Below are positions 5,153 through 5,443 of a stretch of 5,443 nt of DNA, piece after piece. Origin of the DNA: Candidatus Iainarchaeum sp. (GTDB lineage: Archaea; Iainarchaeota; Iainarchaeia; Iainarchaeales; CSSED10-239); NCBI GenBank assembly GCA_028693335.1, contig JAQUVR010000049.1:1-5443 (forward strand), written 5' to 3'. The notes beneath the pieces were generated by a model. It saw only the letters and a list, made by a program, of their open reading frames with translations, was not told the origin of the DNA and made no database searches. Both the position numbers and the translations under genes were made by a program. Within the stretch, counting starts at the first letter, position 1; the number at the start of each line of letters is the position of its first letter.

Positions 5153-5263
5153 CTCTTTTTTGCCTTTTTTTACCTTGTGTTTTGTGGAATCTAGGTAATA
5201 GATTACTGTTATATTTATAGTTATAAAAGCTTTATATATGATTACCCACTAAAAAACCAAACC

Positions 5264-5292
5264 AAAAGCAATTTTTTGCTTATAAAAGCAAA
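5264..5292. other. AAAAGCAA / TTGCTT / AAAAGCAAA triple able to form two mutually exclusive 6-7 bp hairpins
   Basis: AAGCAA (5266..5271), tttt, TTGCTT (5276..5281), ataa, AAGCAA (5286..5291). Confidence 0.35.
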
Positions 5293-5306
5293 TAAACATA
5301 ACTTTT

Positions 5307-5333
5307 GGGGCTTTGTTTATGGGGGTTTTGGGG
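5307..5333 (+). other. Cluster of three G4-G5 tracts (GGGG, GGGGG, GGGG) within 27 nt
   Basis: G runs at 5307..5310, 5321..5325 and 5330..5333 in otherwise G-poor DNA. The 9-mer CTTTTGGGG at 5302..5310 recurs at 5050..5058. Confidence 0.5.
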
Positions 5334-5443
5334 TTTTTTGTAATAGGTTAACTGTGTTGAGTTAATTTAAGAGTGCCAAATTATTGCAGATCTTTAAATA
5401 CTTTTAATCTATCAAATATTTATTATATATATAAAAATTTATA

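Noticed and set aside
5137-5220. 27-aa hydrophobic plus-strand mini-ORF MFFFLPLFCLFLPCVLWNLGNRLLLYL
   Set aside because: There is no SD at proper spacing (the GGAGG box is about 40 nt upstream), and the sequence derives from the T-rich arm of the hairpin. It is too short to support without expression data.
5321-5340. GGGGGTTTTGGGGTTTTTT resembling ciliate T4G4 telomeric repeats
   Set aside because: There are only two units, embedded in an archaeal-type gene context and not at a sequence end. It is treated as part of the G-tract observation, not as a telomere.

Overview
AT-rich (by eye roughly 25-30% G+C), gene-dense window. All seven recognisable genes lie on the minus strand. The content points to a small-genome archaeon, plausibly DPANN-like (inference): an archaeal/eukaryotic-type ribosomal protein L10e, a pilin-like protein with a class III signal peptide, a Trm11/COG1041-like methyltransferase, GGTGA-type Shine-Dalgarno boxes and oligo-T gene ends. 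Minus-strand order, right to left: rpl10e with an unusual about 75-aa Ala/Pro/Lys tail (eight AAPAKG repeats), a Trm11-like methyltransferase, an 86-aa membrane-anchored Cys-rich protein, ndk, an ABC ATPase, an ABC-2 permease, and a pilin-like gene cut by the left edge. Spacers between genes are 0-62 bp, yet the right-hand about 590 bp (4852-5443) has no credible ORF and holds several small structured elements. I see no recognisable defence system, mobile element, CRISPR array, tRNA or rRNA. The most unusual items are the repeat tail fused to L10e, the secreted or anchored 6-Cys mini-protein, the permease that lacks a canonical start and sits in frame behind the ATPase stop, a repeated terminator/promoter-like intergenic module, and the unexplained long non-coding region. 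All functional calls rest on motif recognition by eye; no database search was run.
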